From positions 131,626,001 to 131,690,000 of the forward strand of contig OX597819.1 of the NCBI GenBank assembly GCA_951406725.2: a stretch of 64,000 nt of DNA, given 5' to 3'. Under the pieces are notes generated by a model. The model saw nothing but the letters and a program-made list of their open reading frames with translations. It made no database searches and was not told the origin of the DNA. Made by a program: the position numbers and the translations under genes. The DNA is from Octopus vulgaris (Eukaryota). Positions 38,601 through 52,849 of the stretch are shown in pieces (the stretch's first letter is position 1; each line of letters begins with the position of its first letter).

Positions 38601-39927
38601 AATTTCAAGTTGATGTAATTCACATAGAGTTGATTATTTTCTCAGTTTTCAAAAATTTTTACTATATCATCATCATCATCATCAACATCATAATCTAACA
38701 CCCACTGTTCCATGCTTGCATAGGTTGGTGGAATTAGTTGAGACAGATTTTCTATGCCCAGAAGCCCTTCCTGTGGCCATGCCTTATTTGTTCCCAAGCA
38801 AGGTTAATATTTTTCAGGGTCAAACTTATTTGGCCCTTTATACAATGCTGTAACAATTCTGCCAATCCAATGATAATAATTATTTTTAATACAGGAGGCC
38901 CCAGATCTGATCAGATAGACCTATAATCAAAGATATGTTAACTACAATCATTCTATTTCTATTTTTTCACATATAATTGATCCAATGTGTCCTTTCTTTT
39001 CAAAGATTGTAAGGTATGATTTGAGGGAAGTTTTCAGCAATTTTTAACAGGTTAAGCAATTGTATAGAAGCTCCCTTACTGTCTCAAGAAGAAACTGCTC
39101 ACAAATCTGGTTGTCCAAGAGAAATGGTAACTAATAAGCCATAGCTGTAAGGTTAAGGTGCTGGCTTACTGACCATGTGATGCTAAGTTCAAATCTTGCT
39201 TGTAGTCACAGTGTAATATTATTGCTGAGGTTAGATCAGTCTGCCTGGTTGGCTATGGGTACCATTTCTCCTAGACTTTAAAGACTATCTGATTTGACAA
39301 TATGCGAGTATCTACATTTGGAAAAGAAAGTCATTCTAAGAATGCTATAGGAGTTTGGGTTGGGGTGGGAAGGGGATTAAACTGAAAAATAAAACCAAAT
39401 AAATATATAGATATTCTCACTTTTTACCAATAATATCACCTTCTTCAATCACTCCAATATGGTCTAGATCTGTAAATGATACAATATTAAAAACATTACT
39501 AAATACACATAACAGTTTTGAAAAACAATAATTCAATATAAGAACATCATTTACATTTGTTTAGTAATACATTTTAAGTGTTGACGTGGGTTAGCTAGAT
39601 CTGAAAATATAAACTTGTATATGTAAAGTGATCATGAGCCTTTCTAATGATGGATATGAATTTATGGTGTCTTCTTTCTTAGCAATATGCTTGCAGTACA
39701 ACTTCATAGATTTTGAATAAAGAGAATACAATATGTCTACATAATAATCTCTGTGAAAGTTTTTGAATATTGAATTTGTATGAACATTTGATCTTTTAAG
39801 CATGTTTTTCCATATTTTTCCTTGTACCTTCAATCTCTCCAAAGCTTTTTTTTAATTTGTCACTGAAAAACAAAATATTGTTGAAACCAGTTTGGTATCT
39901 TTTGCAAAATCTTTAACAAAATTTAAA

Positions 39928-39970
<43 letters not shown>

Positions 39971-41217
39971 ATGTCCTAATTGTTTATGGTGTCATTACAG
40001 ACATTATGTGATATGAGGCTGCCAAGTGTTGAGAATAGTCATCTATGGGAATAATTGGATGTTAATTATCTTTCTTGCAACAACAACAAGGATAATACTT
40101 TTATTTTATTTTTTTTACTGAATACCCTAATGTTATAATATTCTTAGTACTCTTGTAAATTGAACATAGATTTATAAATTGGCAATTTGTTTTTGTAAAC
40201 AATTGTCTATCCTCAAATACACTGGCACCAACAGATAAGTCTTCATCATCATCCCTGAGACTAATCAACAGGTGCGACAGCCTCTGATATATTCAGAAGA
40301 ACTGGTGCCAGTAGACAAGCTCTGTCATCGCTATTTCAACCAGTTGGTTACTGTGCCTGCATCATCAACAGAGATGTCATCACATCTCTTTTCTAGTTAA
40401 TCAATAATTCGGACTATGTTATATTAACAAGTATTAGGGTTATTGTTGAGGAGCTTACTAACTGGAATGGTTGTTGATGGTGATGGTCACTAGGTTCAAC
40501 AGAACCCAGAGATAAAGTATACAGATTGACACAGTCAAAGTACCAATAGTTTCTGTACTTCTGCCAGATGTCATGGTAGGACTCACACCATCACACACAC
40601 ATGCCTGTGCACGCACATGCCTGTGCACACACACACACACACACACACAAGTATAACATTTGTATATACATATATATATATATATCATTATCATCATCAT
40701 CATTTTCCTCATTTGCTGTTCATTTCCCCTGCTGGCATGGATTGGAGGGTCTGACAGGAGGTGGAAAACCAGAGGACTGTGTAAATCTCTGTTGTCTGCT
40801 TTGGCCTGATTTCTATTGTTGGATGCCCTCCCTGAAACCAACTACTTCACAGAGAGCAGTGGGTGCTTTTTATGTGGTACCAGGACCAGTGAAGTTAGCA
40901 AACCGACTGCAAAACAAAAGCCCCTTGACTGGGTGGGAGAGTAGTATTGAGAAGGGTGCCGGTTGATGAGTTAAAAAGAATAATGGGTGTTTTGCTGTAG
41001 AAGAGATATGAAGATACCCCAGTTAGAAAAGGAAAGAGAGAAAAAGAGACATAGCAAGAAGGGTGGAGAGGCAGAGAGAGAGAGAGATTGTGTATATGTG
41101 GGGCTCATTCGCAAACAAGTTTTTTCTCATTGGTCAATGGTAATATTAAATTAACCACACATCTCACTCTGCTCCATTTTGTTATGTTCACTCGTGAAGT
41201 CTATGTAACTATTTTAA

Positions 41218-41439
41218 CCCCTGAGCTTTCAGATTATTCTGTCAAATGCAATGTTTATTTATTCATGTTGTTTCCAATTAATCATGGATTATCTCATAGC
41301 TTTGAGATTTCAGTGATGCAATTGTTACTTTTAGAATGAGATTGTAGGGTAGGTGTGAGAGGCTGGATCTGACCAGTTTGAACATAGAACAGGGAGAATA
41401 TTTGGGATGGATATGGGGGCCAGATTAAATGCTAAAGGG
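41218..41439. mobile_element. piggyBac-type MITE, second family
   Basis: ttaa-ccc...ggg-ttaa boundaries; partial copies at 6870-7422 and 49221-49332. Confidence 0.7.
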
Positions 41440-42526
41440 TTAAATTTCCATTAATGAGTATCCTTAATGAGTTCTAAATGGAAGCAGCAGTCTATTATAT
41501 GTTGCAGATGATAGAATGTGCTAAGCAAAATAATAATAATAATAGAGCTGTATCAAAGCATGGGGGTGGGGCCCTCAGGAGAATGGTACAAACAAGAAGG
41601 AAAGCAGAAATTTTTTGCCATCCACTAAATACATTGTTTGAAATGGCATTGCCTAATGGTATAAATCAGAAGAACAATTGAAGACATGGAAGATACAATA
41701 TTTAACATTGCTCTATGTACAAAGATATTAAGTCTTCAAGCAAGAAACATTACCAAAGTCTACAGATAAATCATTTTCAAGAGAAAACTTCATGGTGCTG
41801 CAGATTCTTTAAAAGACATGAAGTATGATTACTGATCAATGCCGGGTAGGCTGTGCTGGCCACAGCTATCATGCTGAGCAACAAGTCATATCTGATGTTA
41901 TCATTGTCATCATCATCATTTAACATCCATTTTTCATGCTGGCATGAGTTAGACAGTTTGACAGGAACCAACAAGCTGCAGAGCTGTGTCAGGCCCCAGT
42001 GTCAGCTTTGGCTTGATTTCTACTGCTAACTTCTTTACAGTGGCTACTGGGTGCTTTTTTTTTTTTTTGTGACACCAGCACTAGTGAGGTTGCCAAGTCA
42101 CATGCAAGACAAAGTAAAACAAATGAAAGAAAATGAATCCTACTCCCTTAACTGATTACGGGTGAATACGAGAGAGGGAGAGAGAGCTTCGTGTCAGGTG
42201 TCGAAGATTAAAGTTCGAAACAGGGACAAGTACAGGTGTGTTGCTTTAGAGGAGATACATTGCTACCTTGCCTTATGTGAGGATGGATGAGGGTAGCTGG
42301 AAAGAAGATAAGGAAGATGGTGATAGGATGCCAGAGCTTACTCTTAAGATACCCAATGGTGAGTATAAGGGAAAGTATAGGGTGTGGATCAGGGGGGAAG
42401 AAAAGGATGGCTAATTTCATAAGTATCTGGGCAGAGAGAGCAACATATAGTTAAGGATGGGGCTAGAGGTGAATGTAATGAGTGATAAACAAGGGTGGAG
42501 ATTTGGTTCATGGTAAATATCAGTGG

Positions 42527-42760
42527 AAGGCGGCGAGCTGGCAGAATCGTTAGCACGCCGGGCGAAATGCTTAGCGATATTTCATCTGCCGCTACGTTCT
42601 GAGTTCAATTTCCACCGAGGTCGACTTTGCCTTTCATCCTTTTGGGGTCAATTAAATAAGTACCAGTTACGCACTGGGGTCAATATAATCGACTTAATCC
42701 GTTTGTCTGTCCTTGTTTGTCCTCTCTGTGTTTAGCCCCTTGTGGGTAGTAAAGAAATAG
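42527..42760 (+). mobile_element. Full-length tRNA-SINE family B (Nin/Deu-domain-like core)
   Basis: gagttcaatttcc B-box-like motif, gcctttcatcct...aagtacca core, flanking duplication ggtaaatatca (42512-42522 / 42760-42770). Confidence 0.88.
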
Positions 42761-44712
42761 GTAAATATCATTGTGGAAGGGAGAGATAGAAGTGGCTTAG
42801 CAAAGAGGAGATGATAAGCAGAATTCCACTAATGTTATTGGCAGAGACACACAGCATGAAATTGAGGGTCTACCAAAGCTAATAAAAGATAAGCAGTTCC
42901 TTGTGTGGCATTGTGGGATACATCTTGGTTGCAGTCACTTGAATAAGGAGGAATTAAGATGGAATGACTGTTGGGTCATAAAGTTATGAGCCAAACAACT
43001 GGGAGCATTTTGGAAGAAGATGACCCTGTCACAAATTGATGTATTTATATCTGTTTTTGCAGAAATAACGAGCAGGAAGTTGCAGAATTATAGAACAACA
43101 AAAGTAGTGGTATTAGGAATGGCATCCAGCTGTAAAAACCATTTCAACAGACAAGTGGAAGGAGCTTGGTATAGCTCTCTGGTTTGCCATCCAATCCATG
43201 CCAGCATGGAAAAATGGATGTTAAATGATGCTGACAATGATGATGACAATGACTTGTTTCATAAATACTGTCTTTAGGTCATTCTGTAAAGAAACTTTTC
43301 AAAATATTTGTACATGAGGAATGGCAGAAATATAGGAATGTTTCAAGCCAGATAGATGAAAATAGCCTGAGCGTGACCCCTACTGGATGTATGAATAGAC
43401 CCTGTTTTATAAAAATGTACAATAGACAAAAACTTCACTGGATGCAGTACAAGAAGAGATTGTCAGCAAATCTTTCAAGATGAGGTTGAAATGATTAAAG
43501 AATTTGAAGGTTTTTTAAAAAAGTTTTTTTACAAGTTTCAGTCAGTGGACTGTGACCATGCTGGGGCACTCTGTTGATGGTATATATACACATATTATAT
43601 ATAATTGTGGGCTGTGTACTCTGAGAGACCTAGGTATTGTGAAGGATAGGACCATCACCTTTGGCAGGTTTAAACAATGTTAGAATGGTCTTAATTGAAA
43701 AAAAAATCAATATGTCCCCACTGGTTTCCAAAAGAAGGTGGGAGTTAAGGTTAAGTCTTAAAACAACATCTGGTAAGACAGATCATCGTTAGAAAAACTG
43801 CAGAGAAAATCAGTGTTTATATGCGATTGGATTTGTGGAGTTTATTACTAAGATTCTTTGAATATATTTCATGAATTTCCTCTTCTCAAATTACTAAAAG
43901 TGAACCACTTCAAACTGAGTATTTTCTTCTGTTCTATGTAAAGCAACTTCCTCTCCTTCCACACCAACACTCTTATAATTTCAAGTTAGAAGGAATAAAT
44001 AGTCTTTAAATATTTTTCTTGGTGCTATATATATATATTTTTTCCATTTCTATCTCTGCAGAGGCATAGCAAGAAAGTGTGGGTGTGAGTGTGCATCCCC
44101 CCCTGCTCCATTACAGGTGAGGGAGGAGGTGTGAAATTTCCTCTGGCTTATCATGCCTGTTGATTAGGGTGGGGACTTTGCAGCAGATAGTATTATGTTT
44201 ATTCCTGGGCAACGAGAACCCTTGCTCTACACCTCTGTGTCTCTGTGGTATTCTTTTTAATTCATAAAACATATTAATTATGTCCTCTTAATGAAGTAGC
44301 TTCCTCTAATTTTTAATTATCATTTAATTTACACATCTGGCCCATGTTAGGAAGGAAGATTGAATATCTTGTGATAGATAATGAGTCTATGGCTAATGAA
44401 GTCAGATAGTTTATGAAGGTGAAAGAAAAAGGAGGAGGAGGAGAAGAAGATTGTGAAAGAGGTGAAGGAGTGGGGGAAAAAGAGAAGAGAGAACAGAAAG
44501 GGAAAAAAGAAAATAACATGACAATGGAGATTTTGATTCTTAAAATGGAAAGCTAAAGAAGAAAGAACACAAACATTTTGTATATTAGTCTAAGCAAAAA
44601 CAAAGAGAAAGAAAGATAGATAGACAGACAAACAGAGATTCCATTTTGTTCTTGGTTTAATAAAACAAACTGGGAGGGAAAAACTACCAAAGGAGACAAG
44701 GTGGGATCAGTT

Positions 44713-44998
44713 ATGGAATTTGTAGAGAGGATTGGTAAAATTCTCTGTGAATCTGTTTCTTTAAAAATAGATAGTTTTAGTTTTATTATTATGGAATTTG
44801 TAGTGAAGATTGGTAAAATTCTTTATAAATTTGTTTCCTTAAAAATAGTTTTATTGTTGTGGAATTTGCAGTGAAGATTGGTAAAATTCTCTATGAATCT
44901 ATTTATTTATGAATGGATAGTTTTATTATTATGAAATTTGTAGTGAAGATTGGTAAAATTCTTTGTGAATCTGTTTGTTTAAAAGTGAGTAGTTTTAT
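44713..44998. repeat. ~70-bp minisatellite, 4 units
   Basis: ggaatttgtagtgaagattggtaaaattct recurs at ~44715, 44793, 44861 and 44933. Confidence 0.9.
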
Positions 44999-45962
44999 CC
45001 TATCTCAACTAAGATTTAGATATTTTTCGTGTTCAGTCCAGGAATTGTTTGAAAGTCTTTTTATCTCTGAAGAAGCAAAAATCTGAAGAAATATTTCAAC
45101 AGAAAAAAAAATTTACACAAAGAGATAAAGATTCTATATGTTTCTTTTGTACTTATAAGATTTGGAATAAGGATGTGATAAAGATTGGTACTTAACTGAG
45201 AGATAATTCAAATGCTGATAATTCTTGCTGATAAAATTATATACTACAAACAGAAACATTTTGTCTTTTAAGATTTTAAGCAGAAAACTTGACTGGAATA
45301 TATAACATAACAGCAAAAGACATTTGACTTGTTATAATTTCAGAATGAAATTTGTTTTTTGGGGAAAGGCTTGTTATGGCTTTTGGGGAAAGCTACAAGA
45401 TAAATGAGAATGAAATATAACATCTTATTTCATTTATTTGAAGATTGTTACCTGGATACATAACAAGACATCAGTTCTATTTGATCCATTGCATCTTCAT
45501 GTGGATGTATAAAATTTTGATATAAGAATACAATAAGAATATTATATATATATATGTGTGTGTGTGTGAGGAAAATTATATATGAGGAAAATTCAAGTAG
45601 TTATATTCTTGTCAATGAAATTGTACACTGTAAACAGTCTCTTTTAAAGATTTTAATTAATACAAAAACAGATTGGAAAGAATATACAGCATTGTGGGAA
45701 AAGATGTTCCTTGTATCACTGTGTGGAACTTGTAGAATTTCACTGTGGGATCTTACTGTTTCCAAAAGCAGAAGATCACCAATTTTTATGGCATTGATAC
45801 AAAATATGGATTCTCTCAAATATTTTCATACTCCCTCATTTATTTCCATCACTGTTCATCCTTCTAGTCATTTCCTGTTAATACTCTCTCTCTCTCTCTC
45901 TTTCAACCCTTCCTCTCTCTGATTTCCCATCGCCTGTTATGAAAATGTCTCTGTACCTTTAA

Positions 45963-46183
45963 CCCTTTCATTACCATATTTATTTTGAGATGATCTGTGT
46001 TTCTTTCAATTACTTTAAATATAACAAATACTTTAGTAAAATAACTTTGTTATCATTAAGCTAGTGTTAGGAACATAAACTATGACTAAGGTATGGTGGA
46101 AGATTTTAATTCAAAGCTTATGAAAATAAGATATTTGTACTCAGAGCCAGCGGCTGGTTTCAGCCGGGTTGGTAATGAAAGGG
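45963..46183. mobile_element. piggyBac-type MITE
   Basis: Perfect 13-bp TIR ccctttcattacc / ggtaatgaaaggg with TTAA on both sides. Confidence 0.88.
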
Positions 46184-46320
46184 TTAATATTAGTTATCCC
46201 CCAAAGATATTAAAGGACTTTTGCAGGTCTTAAATATTATTTCATTCAAATAACATGTTCAGAACCTTCTAGAAGACAACATAACCATTTAGCTTAATTA
46301 TTCCATCCATCTTAGAGATA

Positions 46321-46395
46321 AAATGATTTGTCATTAACTAAAGTAATATTTTTAATTAAATGATTTGTCATTAACTAAAGTAATATTTTTAATTA
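46321..46395. repeat. 37-bp tandem duplication
   Basis: aaatgatttgtcattaactaaagtaatatttttaatt x2. Confidence 0.9.
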
Positions 46396-47400
46396 AAAAT
46401 ATTTCTAAAAATATTCTTTTAATAGCATCTATTTGATTTATATCTTGGCCAACTGTTTCTCACGAAATCCCTCAATTACCCATTTTGGTACCAAATCCAC
46501 CCAAGACTATTCCTACTTCTATGACACAAACTTCCCATTTTAAGGTAATTTAAATTAAAACCTTCCACAAAAATTCCATGCTAATTTATATCTCAAACAC
46601 CAGATTAATAATGACAATGTTATTTTACCAAATTCTTCATTATGTTCAAAATTAGCAAAAACAAAGGTTGTGTGTTCCAACAGATCAATGGCAATGCAAA
46701 AACTTAAAAGACTGAAGGTGAAAAGAGATAGCAAGCCACACAGGAAGTTTGTCTCAAAGTCATTTAAATAGAGGAGTGACTCTGAAGAATTATATTTAAA
46801 AGTATTAAAAACCATCTTTCTCTATTTTTGTGGCTCTTATTTCTTTCCCTACCTGATACCAATCAAAATAGATATTTTCAATGTTACAAATTACTTAGTT
46901 GTGACAAGATCTTTAACATTTTTCCTCCTCTTCATCATAGGTAAAAACCATCATCATCATCAAATATATATGATAAACTCTTTATCAAACTATTTATTAT
47001 AATACCCTTTCTACTAAAGACACAAAGCCAGCAATTTTGGAGGAGAGAGCTAGACAATTACATCACCCTCAGTACATGACTGGTATGTACTCTATTGACC
47101 CCCCCCCCCTTCCTCCAAAGGATGATAGGCAAAGTCAGCCAAATCAGCCTCAGAAGAATTTGAACTCAGAATGTCAAGACAGATGAATTGTTCCTAAGTG
47201 TTTTGCCCAGTGTGCTAACAACTCTGCCAGCTTGCCACCTCATGGTTTATTATAATGTCAGTCAATGACTACCCATTCTGTAAGCAAATCCTTATTATGC
47301 CAGTTGAGTAAAGCTTGCAGTGCTGCCATGTAAATCAGAAACAGGCCACAATATACAATAGAAGCGACCATAAAACTGCCATCATATCGTCATAAATAAA

Positions 47401-47436
<36 letters not shown>

Positions 47437-48564
47437 ACATATGCTGAAGAGTAAATAAATCTCTACTCACATTCTTCAACAAGAAATATTGTATGGGGGT
47501 TAAGTGTTAAGTATTGTGTGTGTCTATTGGAACAGATAAGACAATAAAACAGAAGATATTCTGATAGGATAGATTTACAATTTATTGAAGACACAAGTTG
47601 TTCTCTGCTACAGAACTGTCACCAATGTACTGAATTCAGAATAATTCCCAACTATTTAGAATAAATTTTTAAGAGAATGGTTACAGCTGTCTAAATAATA
47701 ATAATAATAAACATAAGGCTTGTTATCTTTAAATGTTGAAGCTTGTTTTTTACTTCAATAATCTGTTCAAACTATTCTTCCAGTTAACACACATGACAAC
47801 AGGTCTTTGCTAAATACATTTCTATCTTGTCTTGAAAATATCAAATGTAGACAGTTACTTCATAATAAAAAATATATATAAAAAAAAAAGAAACACACAA
47901 CAGCAACAACAATAACAGCTTACCTTAATTCATCAGCTGTAAAGTGCTTTGAAAGTAAAAGAAGTTGCACACAACTCAATCCCTGGGCAGGCTTACTTGG
48001 GGAAACTTTTTCAAAAGTTAATTACTTAGGAGAGTAATCTTCACGTTTTTAAATTCAGTTTCTTTTTCTTCTTTTTTTTTTGTTTTTCTTTTTTCCTCTC
48101 TCTCTCTCTCTTCTAGAGTTTCTGAGAAGTAACTCTCCAACCAATAGATGTTATAGAAGAAGCATCTGGTGAAATGAAAACAATCTTGGCACTTCAGGCT
48201 AAACCGATAGATGGCATGCTATCAAATGTGTAGGAACTAATTATATGATTCCAGAGCTGTTACACTGAAATTTGTTTTCAGGAAGAACTTAACTCTTTTA
48301 CAACCAACAACATAACAGCTATTTTCTCTTACAATATCAGAATAAACATTTTCATTACTTCCTTTGTTTATCAATGTGTTTTACACACAAATAATGTTTA
48401 GTTTTTTTTTTTTACAGGATTTTATGAAAACCTGTGATTAAAAGAAAAAAAGACTTGTAGAATATAAAATTACACAGTAATCTTATTACGGCAATAAAGT
48501 ATTATGTAGCCCCAAAGTTTATCATATTCACTTAATTTAATTTTGTTAGTGTTATTGATACTAT

Positions 48565-49100
48565 TAAAGGTGGTGAGATGGCAGAATTGTTTGCATGCTG
48601 GGCAAATTGCCAAGCAGCAGTTTGTCTATCTCTATGTTCTGAGTTCAAATTCTGCTGTGGTTGACTTTACATTTCTTTCTGGGGTCAATGAATTAAATAT
48701 CAGTTGATGTAATCAACAAGTTCCCTCTCCCAAAGTTTCAGGCCTTGCACCTTTAGTGGAAAGGATTATTATTATTATTAAAGGTGGCAGAAATATTAGC
48801 ATGCTTGGCAAAATGCTTAATGGTATTTCATCTAAAGGCGGCGAGCTGGTAGAAACGTTAGCACGCCGGGCGAAATGCGTAGCCGTATTTCGTCTGCTGT
48901 TACGTTCTGAGTTCAAATTCCGCCGAGGTCGACTTTGCCTTTCATCCTTTCAGGGGTCGATAAATTAAGTACCAGTTACATACTGGGGTCGATGTAATCG
49001 ACTTAATCCATTTGTCTGTCCTTGTTTGTCCCCTCTGTGTTTAGCCCCTTGTGGGTAGTAAAGAAATAGGTATTTCGTCTACATTCTGAGTTCAAATTCC
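48565..49100 (+). mobile_element. Cluster of SINE family B; young copy 48835-49068 nested in an older copy
   Basis: 13-bp duplication ggtatttc(a/g)tcta at 48822-48834 and 49069-49081. Confidence 0.85.
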
Positions 49101-49697
49101 ACCAGTGGCATTTTACGTGCCACTGGCATGGGAACCAGTCCGGTGACACTGGCATCAACCACGCTTGAATGATGCTTTTTACATGCCACCGGCACGGGAG
49201 CCAGTCAGGTGGCACTGGCATTTTTACAATGACATTGTAAGGTAGGTGTGAGAGGCCAGATCTGGCCATTTTGGACATAAAACAGGCAGAATATTTGGGC
49301 CGGATATGACTGAATCAAATGCTAAAGGGTTACACACACCTCAGAATCTACTGAGGTAAGATTCTGTTGTTTTATTCTTGGCCTTACCAGAAGTGTGGCC
49401 ATGTTGGGGCACCACCATTTGATATTAGATGCTAAATGTTTCCTCTACAAGCAATGGTAATTCATAAGTCTGATGCTTAATTCTAGATTTAATATTTGAG
49501 AGATGAATCTCCTAGATTCATCTCTAGATGGAAAAGAAGTCGCCTCAGGACATCTCATCCCTATTTGTAACAGCTACAGGTAGACAAGAGTAAACACTCT
49601 GAAATGTTACAATTTAAACTCGTTTTAGTTTTTCAAAGTAAAAAAACCCAATTTTTAAAATTTTTCATTCTGTTATATTCTGGTCTTTATATATATA

Positions 49698-50076
49698 CTA
49701 GCAGTATCGCCCGGCGTTGCTCAGGTTTGTAAGGGAAATAAGTATAAAGCATTTTTAGAGAGTTATAGCCAAAAAATAGCAAAAAAATGGAAAAAAAATT
49801 ATGGTAAATTTTTTTTGAGAGTTAAAAAAGGTGGAGTTGCGTCCCCTAGACGGTCTGTGGTTTGGGTTTCTGATTCTCGACCCCATGTCGAATTTATCGA
49901 TTTTTTCAGAACTGGGGGAAGTTTTCAAAATTTTCGCTGCGTTAGTTTTGAATTATAACATTGGGCTATGTGTGTGTCAAGTTTCATCAGAATCGGTTGA
50001 AAGCCGTGGTCAGAGTGAGGGTACGAGAAAACAGACACACAGAAACACGCACAGACAAACTGCCGTTTATATAGAG

Positions 50077-50077
<1 letters not shown>
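49698..50077 (-). mobile_element. Non-autonomous Helitron-like element
   Basis: Minus strand reads a|TC...cctgagcaacgccggg (imperfect hairpin)...CTAG|t; inserted between A and T in (TA)n without target duplication. Confidence 0.7.
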
Positions 50078-50126
<49 letters not shown>

Positions 50127-50634
50127 GAAATTTTGCTGTGATTCTGAAGTTTTAAGTTCTAATCTTTACGTTGTTGGGCAGTTCAGTGTCGGTCATGCTA
50201 AATTGGGTGGAGGTGGTGGTGGTGGTTGGGGGGTACTCAATCCATGACCAAATGATGAGGATGCTGATAATAATGATGACTAATAGCCTCTCTGTGTCAT
50301 TAATTTAATTAGTAATCATTGTGCTTAATTTATTTCTATTTTTAGTCTGTTAATATTAATCTAAGTAATTCACTTTAATAAGAAACCAAAATGTCAAACA
50401 TGACACAGAAGCCAAATTTGTGTTAAAACAAAGTTTTTTTTTCACAGTTGTCCTCAGAAGTAGAAAGGACAGCTTTCATTACTGTTTCCCCAGGGTCACC
50501 TTGACTGGGAGAGGGAGAGCAGGGTGGTAAGGATAATGCCAAACTAGATACATTGAGAAGAGAATAGGGTTGAAATCACAAGTAGTTAGTAATACAAGAG
50601 TTATTGTTAGGTTTAGTTTTATGAAACATCACTT

Positions 50635-51040
50635 GGAGTGGCTGTGTGGTAAGTAGTTTGTTTACCAACCACATGGTTCTGGGTTCAGTCCCACTGAGTG
50701 GCACCTTGGGCAAGTGTCTTCTGCTATAGCCCCGGGCCAACCAATGCCTTGTGAGTGGATTTGGTAGACGGAAACTGAAAGAAGCCCGTCATATATATGT
50801 ATATATATATATGTGTGTGTTTGTGTGTGTGTCTGTGTTTGTCCCCCTAGCATTGCTTGACAACCGATGCTGGTGTGTTTATGTCCCCGTTACTTAGCGG
50901 TTCGGCAAAAGAGACCGATAGAATAAGTACTGGGCTTACAAAAGAATAAGTCCCGGGTTCGATTTGCTCGATTAAAGGCGGTGCTCCAGCATGGCCACAG
51001 TCAAATGACTGAAACAAGTAAAAGAGAAAGAGTAAAGAGT
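50635..51040 (+). mobile_element. Full-length tRNA-SINE family A
   Basis: Same structure as 19776-20150. Confidence 0.9.
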
Positions 51041-51773
51041 AAATATTTTTACGTGTCACATAAAAAGCATCCAATACACTCTGTAAAGTGGTTGGCATTA
51101 GGAAGGGTATCCAGCTGTAGGGACCATGCCAAAGCACACAATGGAACTTGGTGCAGCTTCTGGCCTGGCCGTCTCCTGTCAGACTGTCCAGCCCATGCCA
51201 GCATGGAAAATGGATGCTAATTGACGATGATGATGTAATTTAATAGCTTTTAATGTGATACCTGTTAAACAGAAATTATTTTTATTTAATGAAAATTTAA
51301 TAAAATCTAATAAGTGAAATTATGCTAAATACAACTGAATTGAAAACCTTTTTCCCCTGGGTATATCAGCAATTCTGAAAACTTTTGAGTGCAAATTTTA
51401 CATGAACTTTGGCTGAAACACATAAAAGAATAGAGAGAGAAAGAGTCAGCAAGGGAACAGAGCTGATATATATATATATATATATATATGCTTTTACTGC
51501 TCACACTGTTTACGGCCATATTACAGCCCACACATTCAAACATGCTGTGTCACATTCGAAAGAAGCTGTCCACCTCATTGGTTGATTCACTCATTGCCAC
51601 CTATAAAGCTCACTTAGGCACTGATTCTTCTCCCTATCCTTCTACCACCATCATCACCTCTCCCCTACTACTACTAGCATGAACACTACCACTGCTGTTG
51701 CATCTTACATACCAGGAGTCCACACTTGAAATTGAATGGTGTTTAGATGAATGAAGGCTTTGAGTGCAGAAGA

Positions 51774-52020
51774 CATGTGAAGGTAATGGTGTCACCTCCA
51801 TCTGTTGGCATCGGTGCCTCTAGAGAGATGAATGGGCTGTTGCATCAGTTGATTGGGTCTGAAAGGTGAAGACGTACACACACACACATCTGTTGCCATC
51901 AGCCAGCCTGGTGTTAGACTGAACCAAACTGTCACTTTGTGGATCTGTGTTCAAACCAATGGACTGCCTACGGATATAACAACATGAGGTATTTACTACC
52001 TTGGTCCCCTCCAAGATGGC
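51774..52020. repeat. ~245-bp local direct repeat; copy 2 at 53268-53463 + 54158-54211
   Basis: Near-identical sequence; the two minus-strand ORFs share NTDPQSDSLVQSNTRL. Confidence 0.88.
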
Positions 52021-52849
52021 TGTTCTTGCAAATAATAGTAATCAATGTTTGCTGTTTTGTAGTGAAAAGTGAAAGCAAATATTGCCAAAATAAAAAAGTT
52101 TGGCTAATAAAAGGAAAAATGGTATTTGTTAAAAATACTTTGAAAAATTGGAAAATTGAATGAAACTGTGATATCAGAAGAATGTGTGATGGAATCATAT
52201 CAGAGTTACCAATAAATAGAATTGTAAAGTCTTATCAGAAGACACAAAACTGCAAGTTAATATTTAACAATGGATATATTTACATTCTTTATTGGTCGAT
52301 AAACTAATGTAGCTGTGACAAACGATAGCAACCATTATAAATTTTACAGACGATAAGAGGTTGCTTTGATTTCAACATCAAAAATATTTACATCAAAAAA
52401 TACACAAAAGATGTGTGTGTGTGTGCATGAATGTATGTGTGAAATGATGATGTGTGTGTGTATAATCATCATCATTTTGACGTCTGCTTTTCCATGCTTG
52501 CATGGGTTGGATGGAGACTGATAGATTTTCTATGGCCAGATACCATTGTTGTTGCCAAACCTCACTTGTTTCCAAGCACCAAGCAAAGTAAATAGTTCCT
52601 GACTTTGCCTGACATGTTTCTGCAGAACATTTGAAAGGAACAACACTGCTTTTAGGACAATAACACTAATTCACAACCACTATCATGAATTGTCAAGGGA
52701 AGCAGACACAAATAGACACACACAAACACACACATACACACACACAGACACAAACATACACATGCACTCACACACACACACATAAACACACAAATGCATA
52801 CACACACAAACACATATGCACACACACACAAACACACACTCCCATCCAT

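Noticed and set aside
44713-44998. Conserved ~30-bp core with variable spacers
   Set aside because: The spacers are homologous to each other; ordinary minisatellite.
45554-45922. 122-aa ORF
   Set aside because: Starts and ends in microsatellite, with no motif or splice support.
49499-49525. 12-bp perfect hairpin
   Set aside because: Too short to interpret; no context suggesting function.
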